Below, one piece after another: positions 39,108-52,745 of a DNA stretch of 64,000 nucleotides. The stretch is taken from positions 36,332,001-36,396,000 of the forward strand of contig OX597819.1 of NCBI GenBank assembly GCA_951406725.2. Reading direction: 5' to 3'. Each line of letters starts with the position of its first letter. Position 1 is the stretch's first letter. Under the pieces are notes generated by a model. It did no database searches. It was not told the origin of the DNA and was given only the letters and a program-made list of their open reading frames with translations. Source of the DNA: Octopus vulgaris. Lineage: Eukaryota. The translations under genes and the position numbers were made by a program.

Positions 39108-39516
39108 GGATCTTTTCGGTTTGAACGGCAGTTTTTAACATAATTTCTAGGTAACTAAAAAATTTTAAACTTCGTATACTGGTAGAATGTGTTTATAAAA
39201 CATCTTTTTCTCTTGGCTTTATTGAGAAAATTCTATAGTTTGTAAGATATTTGTTTTTTTTCTTCAATTTCTGCAATTTCAACCAATCACTGACGTCTAT
39301 TGAGGTAAAAAAACATTCTGTACCGTATGAATATGTCCCTCGTTTAAGAAACAGATTGGGTTTATTTATATTTGTGAAGAAAAAAAAGATACCCTTCCCC
39401 CCACCCTAACCCTAAAATAGATTGAAATGCAATAGATCGATACTAGGATCATAATAATGGGTAACAATTTCATATGACACTGCTGGAAAAAACTGCCGTT
39501 CAAACCGAAAAGATCC
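39108..39516 (+). mobile_element. MITE copy 4
   Basis: Same TIRs and body; only GCCA is duplicated in the flanks. Confidence 0.88.
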
Positions 39517-39844
39517 GCCATTTGCTATCAGAAAAACTCTATCACTGAATGTTAACTGCCTAAACTTGCTGACTGTATATTCCACTAATCTTTTACCAAT
39601 ATATCTACTTCTTACCCCCAAACAGCAACCTTTTGAATCTTCCTAGTTCATAGTTTTGATCAGTCTTCTTGTAACTGCTCATGACCCATTGTTGTGACCT
39701 AAATCACTAAGCTGGAATAGTTTAAAACATAGAAAAAAAACTGATAAAGTAGCATCTTGGGCAAGTGTCTTCTACTATAGCCTCAGGCTGACCAAAGTCC
39801 TGTGAGTGGATTTGGGAGACAGAAACTGAAAGAAGCCTGTCGTG

Positions 39845-39878
<34 letters not shown>

Positions 39879-40865
39879 AATAAATATGGCTGTGTGGTTA
39901 GGGAGCTTGCTTCCTTGCTACATGGTTTCGGGTTCAGTCCCACTGCGTGGCACTTTCGGTAGGTGTCTTCTGCTATAGCCCTGAGTCGACCGAAGCTTTG
40001 TGATTGAATTCGGTAGGTGGAAGTTACTGCCGTATGTGTATGTGTGCGTATAGCTGTTCAGTGCCTCTCCGAAAGAGAGAGAGAGGGATATATATAAATA
40101 AATAAATATATATATATATATATAAATACACACACACACACACACATATATATATTTGTGTGTGTTCTTGTGTCTGTGTGTCTGTTTATCCCCCACCACT
40201 GCTTGACAACCAGTCTTGGTGTGTTCACTTCCCCATAACTTAGTGGTGTGTCAAAAAATGCACAATAGGAAAAGCACCAGGCTTTACAAAAAAAAAAAAA
40301 AGATTTAAAAAAGTTAGCAAGTAGTGGGATCGATTTCTTTGATAAAAATTCTCCAAGACATTACCCTAGCATGGCTGCAGTCTAGTAAAAAAAAAAAGAT
40401 AACTCATATATCCCAGAGGGTTCCCTTGTCATACTAATGGCCACATACTATTATATAATGTCAAATCAGTATTATAACTCATGGAACTAGTTCACCAAAT
40501 GATTATAACTTGTAGGGTAGGTAAACATTTGAGGATATCACAAGTAATGACTGATAAGATTTGGATAAAGTAATTAAAAAGAAAAAAAGTAGTTTATAAA
40601 AATATTTCATGTGTATGACTTGTCATGAAGGAAAAAAAGATAACTATACATCTATCAATGGTGTTATGATAATAACACCATTTGCATTCTCGGTCAAGCA
40701 AAAGAAAGCAAAAAAAACTAATAATAATCTCTGGATTATGGACCAACAGGTGGTCATTTCAATCTCGTTTTGATTTATTTAAAACTCTTCCGCTGGCAGC
40801 TTGTAATGAAATCAACCAATTAAATCTTGTTTACACAGTTAGCAATAAAAGTGATGTTTATTGCT

Positions 40866-40991
<126 letters not shown>

Positions 40992-41130
40992 AGTACTCCT
41001 CTCTCACACATATTTGTAAGAATGTGTGTTTGTTTGTGTATGAATATATTTACATATTCTGTAATGTACAATGTACATATACAAATAACTGAATGGATGT
41101 ACTTGTAAATAGGAACAATGTATGTAAGTA

Positions 41131-41172
<42 letters not shown>

Positions 41173-41418
41173 TCACCATCCATTTTCTTCACCTACAATT
41201 TCTGGTTTCTGAGAGAGATGTGGGGGTATAGTCCTTAGGCACCTCCTGTATAGGCTTCTTTAAGAAGCAACCCTTATTACACTTTCCTATATATATATAT
41301 ATATATATATTGACCTGCTCACTTAGCCAGCGGCGTGGCGTCATTTGAAGGCTAAAACAATGCGAAGCGCATTATGACCAGAGATGTGTAGCAACATCAG
41401 ATAGTCTGGTCAGTCACG

Positions 41419-41464
<46 letters not shown>

Positions 41465-41465
<1 letters not shown>

Positions 41466-41753
41466 TGTTATCGTTACCAACGTCGCTTCACTGGCACCTG
41501 TGTCGGTGGCACGTGTAAAAAGATTCAAGCGAGGTCATTGCCAGTACCGCCTGACTGGCCCCCGTGTAGGTGGCACATAAAAAGCACCCACTACACTCTC
41601 GGAGTGGTTGGTGTTAGGAAGGGCATCCAGCTGTAGAAACTCTGCCAGATCAAGACTGGAGCCTGGTGCAGCCATCTGGTTGCCAGCCCTCAGTCAAAAC
41701 CGTCCAACCCATGCTAGCATGGAAAACGGACGTTAAACGATGATGATGATGAT
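41465..41753 (+). repeat. SINE-like family A
   Basis: Near-identical to the 3370 and 27535 copies. Confidence 0.85.
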
Positions 41754-42830
41754 GTTCTGGCCTGTAAGTTTTATTATAGTGAATAGTGAGAAGATCTATC
41801 ATTCTAGACTAAGGTCTTGCAGTGGAGTGGTCAAGTAATGGGTGATGGTATTGGGAAAAGGAAATGTTGGAAAAGGTAGGTTATTTTTGTGAATAGAAAG
41901 TGAAGTGATTGCCTAAAGGAGAGATGTCACTTTCTCATATGCTTCCGTCTATACCATTTAACACATTTTTTCCCATTTAACACTTCACCAGCCATTGCTC
42001 AGCTACTCTGATAAAGAACTTCAGTTTGCAACAATGGGATCTTCTTGCTCCTAAATGCAAAAGAACTTACTGAAACAGTCATTCTTGAATTTTATGAATA
42101 TTTATTTCTTTATTGCCCACAGGGGGCTAAACACAGAGGGGACAAACAAAGACAGACAAACGGATTAAGTCGATTATATCGACCCCAGTGCGTAACTGGT
42201 ACTTAATTTATCGACCCCGAAAGGATGAAAGGCAAAGTCGACCTCGGCGGAATTTGAACTCAGAACGTAGTGGCAGACGAAATACCGCTAAGCATATTAT
42301 CAATGATTCAAACCCTTACCAGCCTTTTGTATTCCTAGTTTTGTAGTCCAGGATCAGTTAAGTGTAGTTAACCTGGATGTATGAATAAATCAGTATTCCT
42401 TATACATTAGCTGTATCCTTAGCCAAGGCATTTTTATGAGATCAATTCACCTAATAATAATAAACAGGTGTCATCTCTAGGTATATGCTCACGGTTGAAC
42501 AGACTAATAATCAAAGACTTTTTAACTGTAACCATTCCATCCTGGTTTTAGAAATGGTATTTATATGTGGTTCAATGAACCCTTCTTTAATTTGCAAGAA
42601 TAGCATATGAGATGTGGAAAAGTTGGTTGCCATTTCTAGCAGGTGGGAATAGGAATCTTTTCTTGTATTCTATTTGCTTCAGAATAACCTTATCTGTTGC
42701 ATTGTTCTAATAAGATATTACATGTAATTACTGATCTCATCATAAACAGGAGACTTTCATCAGAGTGATGCAGTACTAGGATATGAGTAATTCAGCAAGA
42801 ATAAAAATATAATCTTCTCATAAACCTTTG

Positions 42831-43070
42831 TGGAGGCGCGTGGTTTAGTGGTTAGGGTGTCAGTATCATGATTTCGATTCCTGGACCGGGCGACGCGTTG
42901 TGTTCTTGAGCAAAACACTTCATTTCACGTTGCTCCAGTCCACTCAGCTGGCAAAAATGAATAACGCTGCGATAGACTGGCGTCCCGTCCAGCTGGGGAA
43001 CACATACGCCACTGAAACCGGGAAACCGGGCCCATGTCACTGGCTAGGCTTTAAAAGGGCGCATAAACCT
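42831..43070 (+). repeat. tRNA-derived SINE (V-domain-like TGTGTTCTTGAGCAA)
   Basis: A/B boxes; similar to the 29842 copy. Confidence 0.7.
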
Positions 43071-44239
43071 TTATTGAATAGTACAGAGTACATAAGTTTA
43101 AAGTGTATCAATAGATATGAAATAGTTCAATATCAGATCAATTTGAAGTAAAAATTCTGGTAGAATTAGTACCAATTACTTATTCCAATCAATTTGGTGA
43201 ACTGAAGTAAACTAAAGTAAACGCACCGCTTAAATCTGTCTGTCCATTCGTTCTGGGATGTAGGGGAAGTGGTGGTAGAGTCCTCAGGCACCTCCTCCAT
43301 AGGGTCCTAACAGAAGCAACCATCATTCCACTTTTCGGCTGGATTCCAAATCGACTACGTTAAGTATACAAAGCAATTTTAGCTAATGAGGATGTCTAGG
43401 TGATTGCTCGATCTGTAAATTTAGTATCTAAATCTCCCTCAGACCACACCCTACCAACTTAAAAAAGAAGAAAGAACACATTGGATAATGTAGTCATGAA
43501 TATATTGTATAGATATAAAACGGAAAGGTTACTGAAGTTGATCTAAGACCAACGACGATGCATCTACAAATTACATTTAAGTCATACTTCTCAAATCAAA
43601 TCCCACTGCTTAAAAAACCAAAAAGGACACGTATTTTGCAGAGTTTGATAATCCTTACTTCTGAAAAAAAGAAAGGGGATGGGGAAATAAAGGTTGACAG
43701 TAGTTGGGATAATAGTCGCAGCATTAATGCTTCTGATCATTGGTCTTCTCCGTCAGGGTTGCCTTGAGTCTGAACAACTAAGTACTATTGCAATCTCTCG
43801 ATATTGTCTAACACATGTAAAAATATTAGAATATTTAGTTGATTAACAAGAAAAACGGAGTTTGAGAAATGTCTTAGAGCTTTAAAGCTATAAATTCCAA
43901 ATAAGGAGTTTACTTTTATCGAATATTTAACGGTTTAATCTAGGAGAAAGAAAAATAAAATCGCAATGTGAAACAAGTTGTATGATGGTCTTCATGCTAC
44001 GTTTGACACCACTATCACGCAAGTTTATTGCAGTTTTCTTGTTTTGACATGCGCATTGCATTCGTATTCTTCTCTTCCATTTTACGAATTCACAGTGCAT
44101 ATGCACATTGCGTGTTTATACATCTCTTTCCGGTTCTTACTCAAAACTGTTTACAGATCACAACCATCTCACAGACCTGCGTTCGTGAGGAGCGCTTCGT
44201 GCTCCGATGGTTGGGAAAAAAGTGAGCGCGTTGTTGCAA

Positions 44240-44316
<77 letters not shown>

Positions 44317-45992
44317 GTGGGTTTTACATTCTCATATTTAAGGGATAATCTACCATAATAATCTTTCGGTTGCTGCCACCACAAGTTTTGTTAAAAAAAT
44401 TTGTTACCCCATTTCCATAATTTCGAAAATTTATTAATTGCTTACATGAACTGAATTATAACTACAGTATAACGTAAGTTTGTTTTTTTCGTAATTTTTC
44501 ACAAAAATATTCCGTTGTGGATTGCCAGCTTTCAAATCCTGTTGTCCGTTTGGCTACAAAGGATCAAACCTTGAATCTCTGAAAAATTTTTCGGAAGCTT
44601 TTTTGCAATAAATGATTAACAAAATTAGATTCAGCTTGAAAAATTACACCAGTTTACGAAATTTCAAACTTTTTCTTTTAACTTTAATTTTAAAATTTCA
44701 TTAAAAAATTTAAAAAACCTTTGACAACAAGGCCCCTATGATATGATGGAAAAACTGTATTTATTACTTAGACAACGCTTAGCTCATGCATTTATAATAA
44801 AGTATGCTTAAGTGAGCGGAGAAAAATAAAAGACCGAATTTCAAATGTAGAAGAATCCATTTGATTAAATAAAGAAATGTACTTATAGAGACCAATAATA
44901 TTTTTTTAAATAGAATTTTTGTTTGTTTGTTTAATATTTTACTTACTGATCAACCTGACATTTATAAAACGATATTTTACAAGAGCACGGTGGAAAGGAG
45001 AAATAATTAAGAATAAAAAAATGTTGAATCGCCCCCAAAACGACTTAAATATAAATATTTGGCTTCTGTAAGTTACTTTATAAACTAATGTAGAATAAAT
45101 AGAAAGTAGGGCGAATTCTCTTACATTTAAATTTATACAGATTATTAATTAATTCAGTTTTAGTGCCTCTTAGAATTAATTTAAATTTTAAATACTTGTA
45201 GATTTGTGTGATGAAGTCAGGGCCTTTCACTAAGAACAAATTCTGCGGGATTTGAGATAAAAACGGAAATTCTAAATCCAAAACTCATTATTGTACTTCT
45301 ATGTTTTTTTGAAAAAAGAAAGGGTTTAAAATAAAATCTGCGATAAATTTCAAGAAAGGAATAAAAAAAAGCGTAAGCAAAATAAATCATGGTTTAGAAT
45401 AATTAAAATTCTAATTAAAGTGCAAGTAATTTTAGCGAGAAGAATAGCACGCTTATAACGAAATATTCTTGGTCAAAAGAAATAATTCTTAAAATCTGCT
45501 ATGAGCAAATCAGTTATCTTTAGAAAATAAAGATGGCTAGAAGGAAAGTTTATAGCTACAGTGGGGTAACTAAGATTTAATTTTAATTCAGCCATTGATA
45601 TTTTGAAAGACATTCAAAGAAAGACAAAAAGAAAAACAGATAGAAAACATCAGTAAACGTAGAGTAATATAAAAAACTACATTTTAAGGATATAGATAGA
45701 TTAAGGACTGAGATTTAGGTGAAGATGTAGAATGAAATCTAGACCGAAGAAGTAGATATTTTTAGATAATAAAGACAAATTAATTTTGGCTGAGATGGGC
45801 TAACTAAGAAATATTCTTAAATTTGAATTTAAGAGCTATAATCACAATGAGGAATTTTAGGGGTTACTGTATAGCGATAGATTAGAGGACAATGAATGAG
45901 ACAGATGAAATCACAAGTTTCATAAGATGATTATATAACATATAGTAATCTACGTGGATTATTTCTTGGTTTGTAGTTTAAATTTTCATGTA

Positions 45993-47262
45993 AGAGGGGC
46001 GTTCAATAAGTAATGCCCCTGATCCACTTCCCATAGCAGTAGAGCAACGAAACTTGGCACAGTTATTAGTCTTTTTCTACATAAGAACCACCCAGAGTTA
46101 CGCTTTTCTCCCATCGTTTGATGCAGCTCTGAAGACCGTTTTTGTAGAAGACCCCAGCTTGGTCCTCAAACCACGACGTGACTTCAGAAATCAAGGCTGC
46201 ATCATCTGGAAAACGCTTTCCTTTAAAAAACAACTTCATGGCTGGGAAGAGGTGAAAATCAGAGGGTGCAAGGTCAGGAGTTCATAGCCGCACACCTGTG
46301 CTTCTGATCTGGCGACACGCGAGTTGTGGACCGGAGCGTTGTCCTGCAAGAGGAGGATGCCTTTGCTGATCTTGTCCCGCCTCTTGATTTTGATAGCTTC
46401 TCTTAATTTCCTCAAAAGTGAAGCATAATAGGTTCCTGTAATTCTGGCACCCTTTTCCAGGAAATCTGTCATCACTACTCCGTCCTGGTCCCAGAAGACT
46501 GTGAGCATGACCTTGCCAGCAGAGGGCTACACCCTTGCCTTCTTTGGAGGAGGTGAGTCACGGTGTGTCCACTGCATTGACTGGGCTTTGGTCTCTGGAT
46601 CATAGTGATGGACCCAGGTTTCATCCTGTGTAATCAGTCTTTTGAAAAATTTTGACTCATCTTCTTGGCACATTTCCAAATTCATCCTCGAGCAATCGAC
46701 GCGTTCTTGCTTCTGGAAAGATGTGAGCAACCTGGGAATCCATCTGGCAGACACCTTTTGCATATGCAAATGGTCATGAATGATAGTTTCCACAGACCCA
46801 GTACTAATCTTGACCTCATGGGCTATTTGGCGAATAGTTATGCGTCGATCTTCCAAAATGGCAACCTCAACTTGACGGACAGATGCCTCATCAATGGCAG
46901 AAGTGGGGCGACCAGATCTGGAGCTGTTTCCACAGAGTTCCGACCATGTTTGAATTCACGATGCCAGCGTTTTACAAAGTCATATGATGGGGCATCATCA
47001 CCATAAGTTACTTTCATTTCATCAAAAGTCTCCCGTGGTGTGCGTCCTTTCAAATACAAAAACCGGATCACTGCTCGACACTCAACAGGCTCCATTTCAC
47101 ACTTGACTCAGTTCAAACACCTGTAAATCAGAAACCACAATTAGTTCAGAGCTGTAATTTGCCACTTAATCTATAGAGATATAAATAATTTCACATGCAA
47201 AATTTCAGCTAGATCAAATAACTGCAAGTGGGTCAGGGGCATTACTTATTGAACGCCCCTCG
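45993..47262 (-). mobile_element. Full-length defective mariner transposon (1270 bp)
   Basis: TA TSDs at 45991-92 and 47263-64; TIRs of about 35 bp (GAGGGGCGTTCAATAAGTAATGCCCCTGA). Confidence 0.97.
46066..47095 (-). pseudogene. Mariner transposase, frameshifted
   Basis: Split ORFs with WIPRLL, TQDETW, LQDNAPVH and PDLAPSDFHLF; the usual HPPYS segment appears deleted. Confidence 0.92.
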
Positions 47263-47264
47263 TA

Positions 47265-48170
47265 CTTATGTATCCAAGAAGAGATATTCCATTATGTTTA
47301 TTTAGGGTCGTTTCTGCAGCTAGTAATATCACTAAGTCCTCTGTTGTGCATAAATTATGGGGTCTTTTATGATCAGTTTGTAACATGACTCTCGATAGAT
47401 GTTTTAGTGTGTAATTATTTTTCAAATGCCAAATGAATTATGGGAGTGATGTTTTATTTCTTCTGATCGGTTCGTATGCTTATCAAAGAATAATTTATAA
47501 GAACTTGAAGGTAGACCTATGTAGGTGTGTTAAAAATGATTAGCTTTTACTTTATCATAAGCTAGGTGCGCAGGCCCAAAAGGGATTAATGGAATTGTAA
47601 TTTTTAGTTCAGTTAAAGGTATAGCTGTGGTTACAATTTTGTTGTGAATTAAGCTTATACACATTAGAGCAAGCTAGGATTCATGCAAACTTTCCAGTGC
47701 TAGAATAAGAAATTTGAAAGATAATCCAATAAAAAATAAATTGTAATATCTAAGCTGTGCTTGAAAGTATCTACGTAATTTAAAGAAATAGCCAACTATT
47801 GAGTTAAACAGTTAAGTAATGAAAAATGGGTTTGTACCAAAAGGAGTTTCTTTTTTATTTGTATAAGTGTGTGCTGTTGTAGGATCGATAGAAAAGATTT
47901 TCTACTTAAATTCACTTCTTGCAAGGACCTCATTGTAATCAGGAAAACTTCAATAAAAGTTTACTAATTGGAGGGACATCAGAAAGTTTTAGAGGGCTGT
48001 TCTTTATTGGGTTGTTAATAATGTTCTTCGGGTGGTTCGAATTGTTACAAATACAAAATCACACAACGATGTATTTCAACTTGTGTACTTAGTTTGTCTG
48101 TTAAAGTCACAACTACTCGGCTGTTGTACTCTTCGGTCTTCTTCAGATGCCGGTCATATTTGGTAATATT
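47265..48170 (-). mobile_element. Degraded Penelope-like retroelement remnant (GIY-YIG region plus hammerhead-like motif); appears to continue left of the mariner
   Basis: Manual translation: TYIGLPSSSYK, IWHLK-like, HNLCTTEDLVILLAAETTLNK; CTGAAGA-AGACC...AGCC-GAGTA at about 48110-48146. Confidence 0.45.
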
Positions 48171-48190
48171 CAATATTCTCAGAATTTCAA

Positions 48191-48506
<316 letters not shown>

Positions 48507-48765
48507 CATGTGTGAGTGGTGTATATACACACATAAACGTTTGAATTTGAAAATAAAAGAAACGAAAGAAAAAGTACTTGAATGGATCATTTATTCAACA
48601 CTTAATGTTTATATTGACTATGCCATCGCCCAGTAGGGCAATTAAGCAAGAGAAATTAGAAGCTTATGTATGTGTGTGTATGTGTGCGTGTGTGTGTATG
48701 CATTCATGTATGTATGTGTGAGTGTATATATACATATGTATGTATCTACACACACAAACACACAC

Positions 48766-48796
<31 letters not shown>

Positions 48797-49924
48797 TGTA
48801 TGTATGTATGTATGTATAAATATATATATATATATAATAGCTAAATTACTTCATCACCTTACTCAGCACAAACATAAAACCCCTCACTTCGCATATTCCA
48901 TCCCACTCTATTCGCATACATTCATGCAAGTTATAACATGCATCACATTTATGAAATCAATTACCTGCATTTTAGACGCGAGCACCCTAACCCCGCCACC
49001 ATACACAAACACGCACATACATACACACACACACACACTCACACTTACACACACATACACACACACACTCTATCTCTCTCATTCATAGCTATATGCAAGT
49101 GACAGTCTGTAGTAAATAGGAGCTTCTTCAATCATTGAAACTTTAAGAACGCTGATTAGACTTGAAGATCAACATGGCCGTACAGAAAATGATCCGGGAA
49201 TTGGTTTTGCTTGTCAACTAGAGTGATATTTACTGTTATATCACCCTAGTCAATTTAGCATTCATTTAACATTTCATGTTTCGGTTCTAATTAAAGAATA
49301 AATTGGAAAAAACCTTTCAGATTAAAGTATGTCGAAAATGATGGGCTTACCATTTAAATTTCTCCCCACCTTTATTTTTGTGGTTTAATCTTTTATTTTC
49401 TTTTATATATATAGCGATAAAAATGATACCGGTGGAGCGATTTCAGATCATTTCCCATCCCTACTCCCCACTTTCAGCTTATCTTCCGGTAACTTGAAAC
49501 CGCGTTCAGAATATCGGTTATAGGGGAGCGTAGGATGAAATCGATTTCAAATTACTCCCAGGGTAATCTGAAATCTATTTCATACAATCCTTACGAGAAA
49601 TGTATACCGTTTGTATAAATATATTTCGTTTTGTATATAAATACATTACGTTCACATTTAAAGCGTAAGGATAGATTTTGTTTTGTATAATAGATATGTT
49701 TTGTTTGCATTTAAAATGTATTAATACATTTTGTTTTGTATATAGATACATTACCCAATGCATTTTAAGTATATGAGTACTAAAATATTTTGTTTCCTAT
49801 AATATATATTCTGATCGCATTTGAAATGTATAAATATATATACGATTACAGTTTATCGATAAAAACAAACGCAAAATTCTGTCCGTCCGGAACCCCTGTA
49901 TCTCAGTCTACATTTGCTCTACGT

Positions 49925-50525
49925 AGACATAAACTTAGATAAACTTAGATATGTTTCGACCAAAGATTAGTCCAGGCTATGTCTAACTTAATAGCACCAC
50001 CTGATAGGATTATCTAATTCCTGTTTAAGTCAAATTTTGTTTATGGTCCATTCAAGTAGTGAGTTCTTGTTGGGTGAGTTGTATCCAATTATGGGTGGCT
50101 TATCTGGTATTCCTTGAAGAAATCTATCCAGACTCCGTTTAAAGTTGATGGGATCCTTTTCCTCTTTGATCTCCCTCGGGACAATGTTAAACAGGGCAGA
50201 GCCTGTTGAGGAAAAGAAATTATGTTGCAGTGTACCTATATGCTGTGATCCTGAATTGGGCAGGGGACGTATGGCCCGTGGTCCCAGCCTTGGATGAACC
50301 TTGAAACTAATGTTCAGGTCGTTTGGGCAAAGTTGGCGGTATATTCTCCACGTCGTACAAATGATGTACCGCTCGCGGCGGGACTGGAGAGAGTAGAGTT
50401 TCAAGGCTTTAAGGCGGTCCTAATAATCGAGAGCAGTCATGCCTTCAATTCGTTTAGTGAGTGCCCTCTGGGGTGATTCAATCCTCGAGATGTTTTGTCT
50501 TGTATGAGGAGACCACAGTGGATGA
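49925..50525 (-). mobile_element. 5'-truncated LINE ORF2 C-terminus with 3' UTR
   Basis: LDY*DRLKALKLYSLQSRRERY...LFNIVP...FKRSLDRFLQGIPDKP. Confidence 0.8.
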
Positions 50526-50919
50526 TCCCGGGATTGAAAATCTGCCCTTCATTTGGTTCTTGAACATCAAGCTTTGGGATCAGGTTTGGATGAGGATTTG
50601 TTATATGCTAACAGTTGAAAATTCAAATTTTGAAAGAATTCCAAAAATTTGCGAACTTCCAAGTTTTTCATTTAAGCGGTAGGGTACCAGTAAACACATT
50701 ATTATTATTGCTCTCTTTATTTTTGGACCGCAGCCCATTTAGCCGTCTGCGGGAACTAGCTTAAGAGTTCACACGGAGTGTGGCTTTTAAGCTTTTAATA
50801 AATTCGACCTAAAATAAAAGTTTTGAATTATCAGAGAGTAATGTTTTTATTTGAAAATATTGCGGACTCTAAATCTCTGATGTTCAAAGTGTTTTTTTAA
50901 GGCATCATAAAGAATGTTC

Positions 50920-51091
50920 GGAGTGGCTGTGTGGTAAGTAGCTTGCTTACCAACCACATGATTCTGAGTTCAGTCCCACTGCGTGGCACCTTGGACAAGT
51001 GTCTTCTACTATAGCCTCGGGCCGACCAAAGCCTTGTGAGAGGATTTGGTAGACGGAAACTGAAAGAAGCCCGTCGTATATATGTATATAT

Positions 51092-51138
<47 letters not shown>

Positions 51139-51351
51139 TTGAGTTACTCTTTTACTCTTTTACTTGTTTCAGTCATTTGAATGTGGCCATACTGGAGCAC
51201 CGCCTTTAGTCGAGCAAATCGACCCCAGGACTTGATAAGTACAAGGCTTACAAAGAACAAGTCCTGGGGTCGATTTGCTCGACTAAAGGCGGTGCTCCAG
51301 TATGGCCACAGTCAAATGACTGAAACAAGTAAAAGAGTAAAAGAGTAACTC
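50920..51351 (+). repeat. Family C SINE whose 3' end is present as a 94-bp inverted duplication
   Basis: Arms 51141-51234 and 51258-51351, one mismatch, 23-nt spacer. Confidence 0.85.
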
Positions 51352-51359
51352 GATATTTT

Positions 51360-51770
51360 CTTTTTATTTTCACTTTTTAAGATTTTTTACAATTTTTTTA
51401 TTTACTAATTAAATACAAAGGAACAAGAAAAAAAAAACAGATATGAAAGGGAAAATAAAAAAAGAAAAAAGGGAGTAAAGCAGCATAAGATGGAGGGGTG
51501 GGGAGATAGACCACATACCCCAGAACAATGGTGAGTTCAGCTGCGCCCATTCGAGGATGCATGGCGGGAGAAAGTTGTGGGAAAATGGTGATGAGTAGTA
51601 CCATATACGTTGTTGGACTTGACGGCATTATGTGATTGTTGCTGCCACGGAGAATGGCTAGCGACACTCGCTGCAGGAGCCACTCCACATGGCAGGGCTC
51701 ATTTCTCCGACGGGCCGCTGTTATTCGTGTTTTGCGGAGGAAATCAGTAATACGGGGTCCGAAACCATTC
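51360..51770 (-). mobile_element. 3' end of a CRE/NeSL-type (RLE endonuclease) non-LTR retrotransposon
   Basis: GFGPRITDFLRK...EWLLQRVSLAILRGS resembles the L.QR.S.A..RGN motif; A-rich tail on the - strand. Confidence 0.55.
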
Positions 51771-52364
51771 TGACGTCACGACGGCGACCGACACTCGTTT
51801 AATGCTACGAACATATGAGTTTTAAGCGTTAGAATTTATCATTTTAGCTAAATCAGTGAGACGGGTAATGTCAACAGTGCAGGGATAATTTGCAATTGGG
51901 ATAAATTTGAAACTGATTTCATATTACTGGGGAACAACTCAAAGTCTTTATACCAGTAATAGTGGTGATAGTAATTATGTTGATGGAGTACGCCCATAAA
52001 TTACTGGCATGAATCTCATCTCTGTTTGTCAAAGTATACTTGTAATAGTGAACTCTGATAGCCAAAAACAAACAGGTTAAAACTTGGTTGTTGTTGTTGT
52101 TGTTGCTGGTGTTGTTTAGCCACAAGTCAGCCCCGATCGGGCAGAACTTTGACAAAAGACATTCCAACCAAAGCTATCCGTTAGTCTTTATTTTCAGGCA
52201 TAGTGAATTATAGCTGTATTATCCAATATGCTCTTCTTTTCCGCAAGGCAGCAAGAAGGAAAATATGAAAGATTTCATTGCTATTTACGACTGGAATAGC
52301 GACCACATGGAGACTTTCTCTTTCGATTTTTTTCCATCGGTAAGTGATACCTTCTCATATTTCC

Positions 52365-52745
52365 TTATTTCTTTATTGTCCCAAAGGGACTAAACATAGA
52401 GGGGACAAACAAGAACGGACAAAGGGATTAAGTTAAGTACATCGAACCCAGTGTACTTAATTTATCGACCCCGAAGGGATGAAAGGCAAAGTCGACTTCG
52501 GCGGAATTTGAACTCAGAACGTAACGGCAGACGAAATACCTATTTCATTACTACCCACAAGGGGCTAAACACAGAGAGGACAAACAAGGACAGACAAACG
52601 GATTAAGTCGATTATATCGACCCCGACTCCGGAAGGATGAAAGGCAAAGTCGACCTCGGCGGAATTTGAACTTAGAACGTAGTGGCAGACGAAATACCGC
52701 TAAGCATTTCGCCCCGCGTGCTAACGTTTCTGCCAGCTCGTCGCC
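52365..52745 (-). repeat. Two tandem family B SINEs
   Basis: Two consecutive Meta-like domains and tails. Confidence 0.8.

Noticed and set aside
42008-42080. CTGATAA...GAAACAG hammerhead-like arrangement
   Set aside because: Core altered and no stem I or cleavage triplet
44330-45990. Possible mitochondrial insertion (very AT-rich)
   Set aside because: No recognisable mitochondrial gene, rRNA or tRNA motif found
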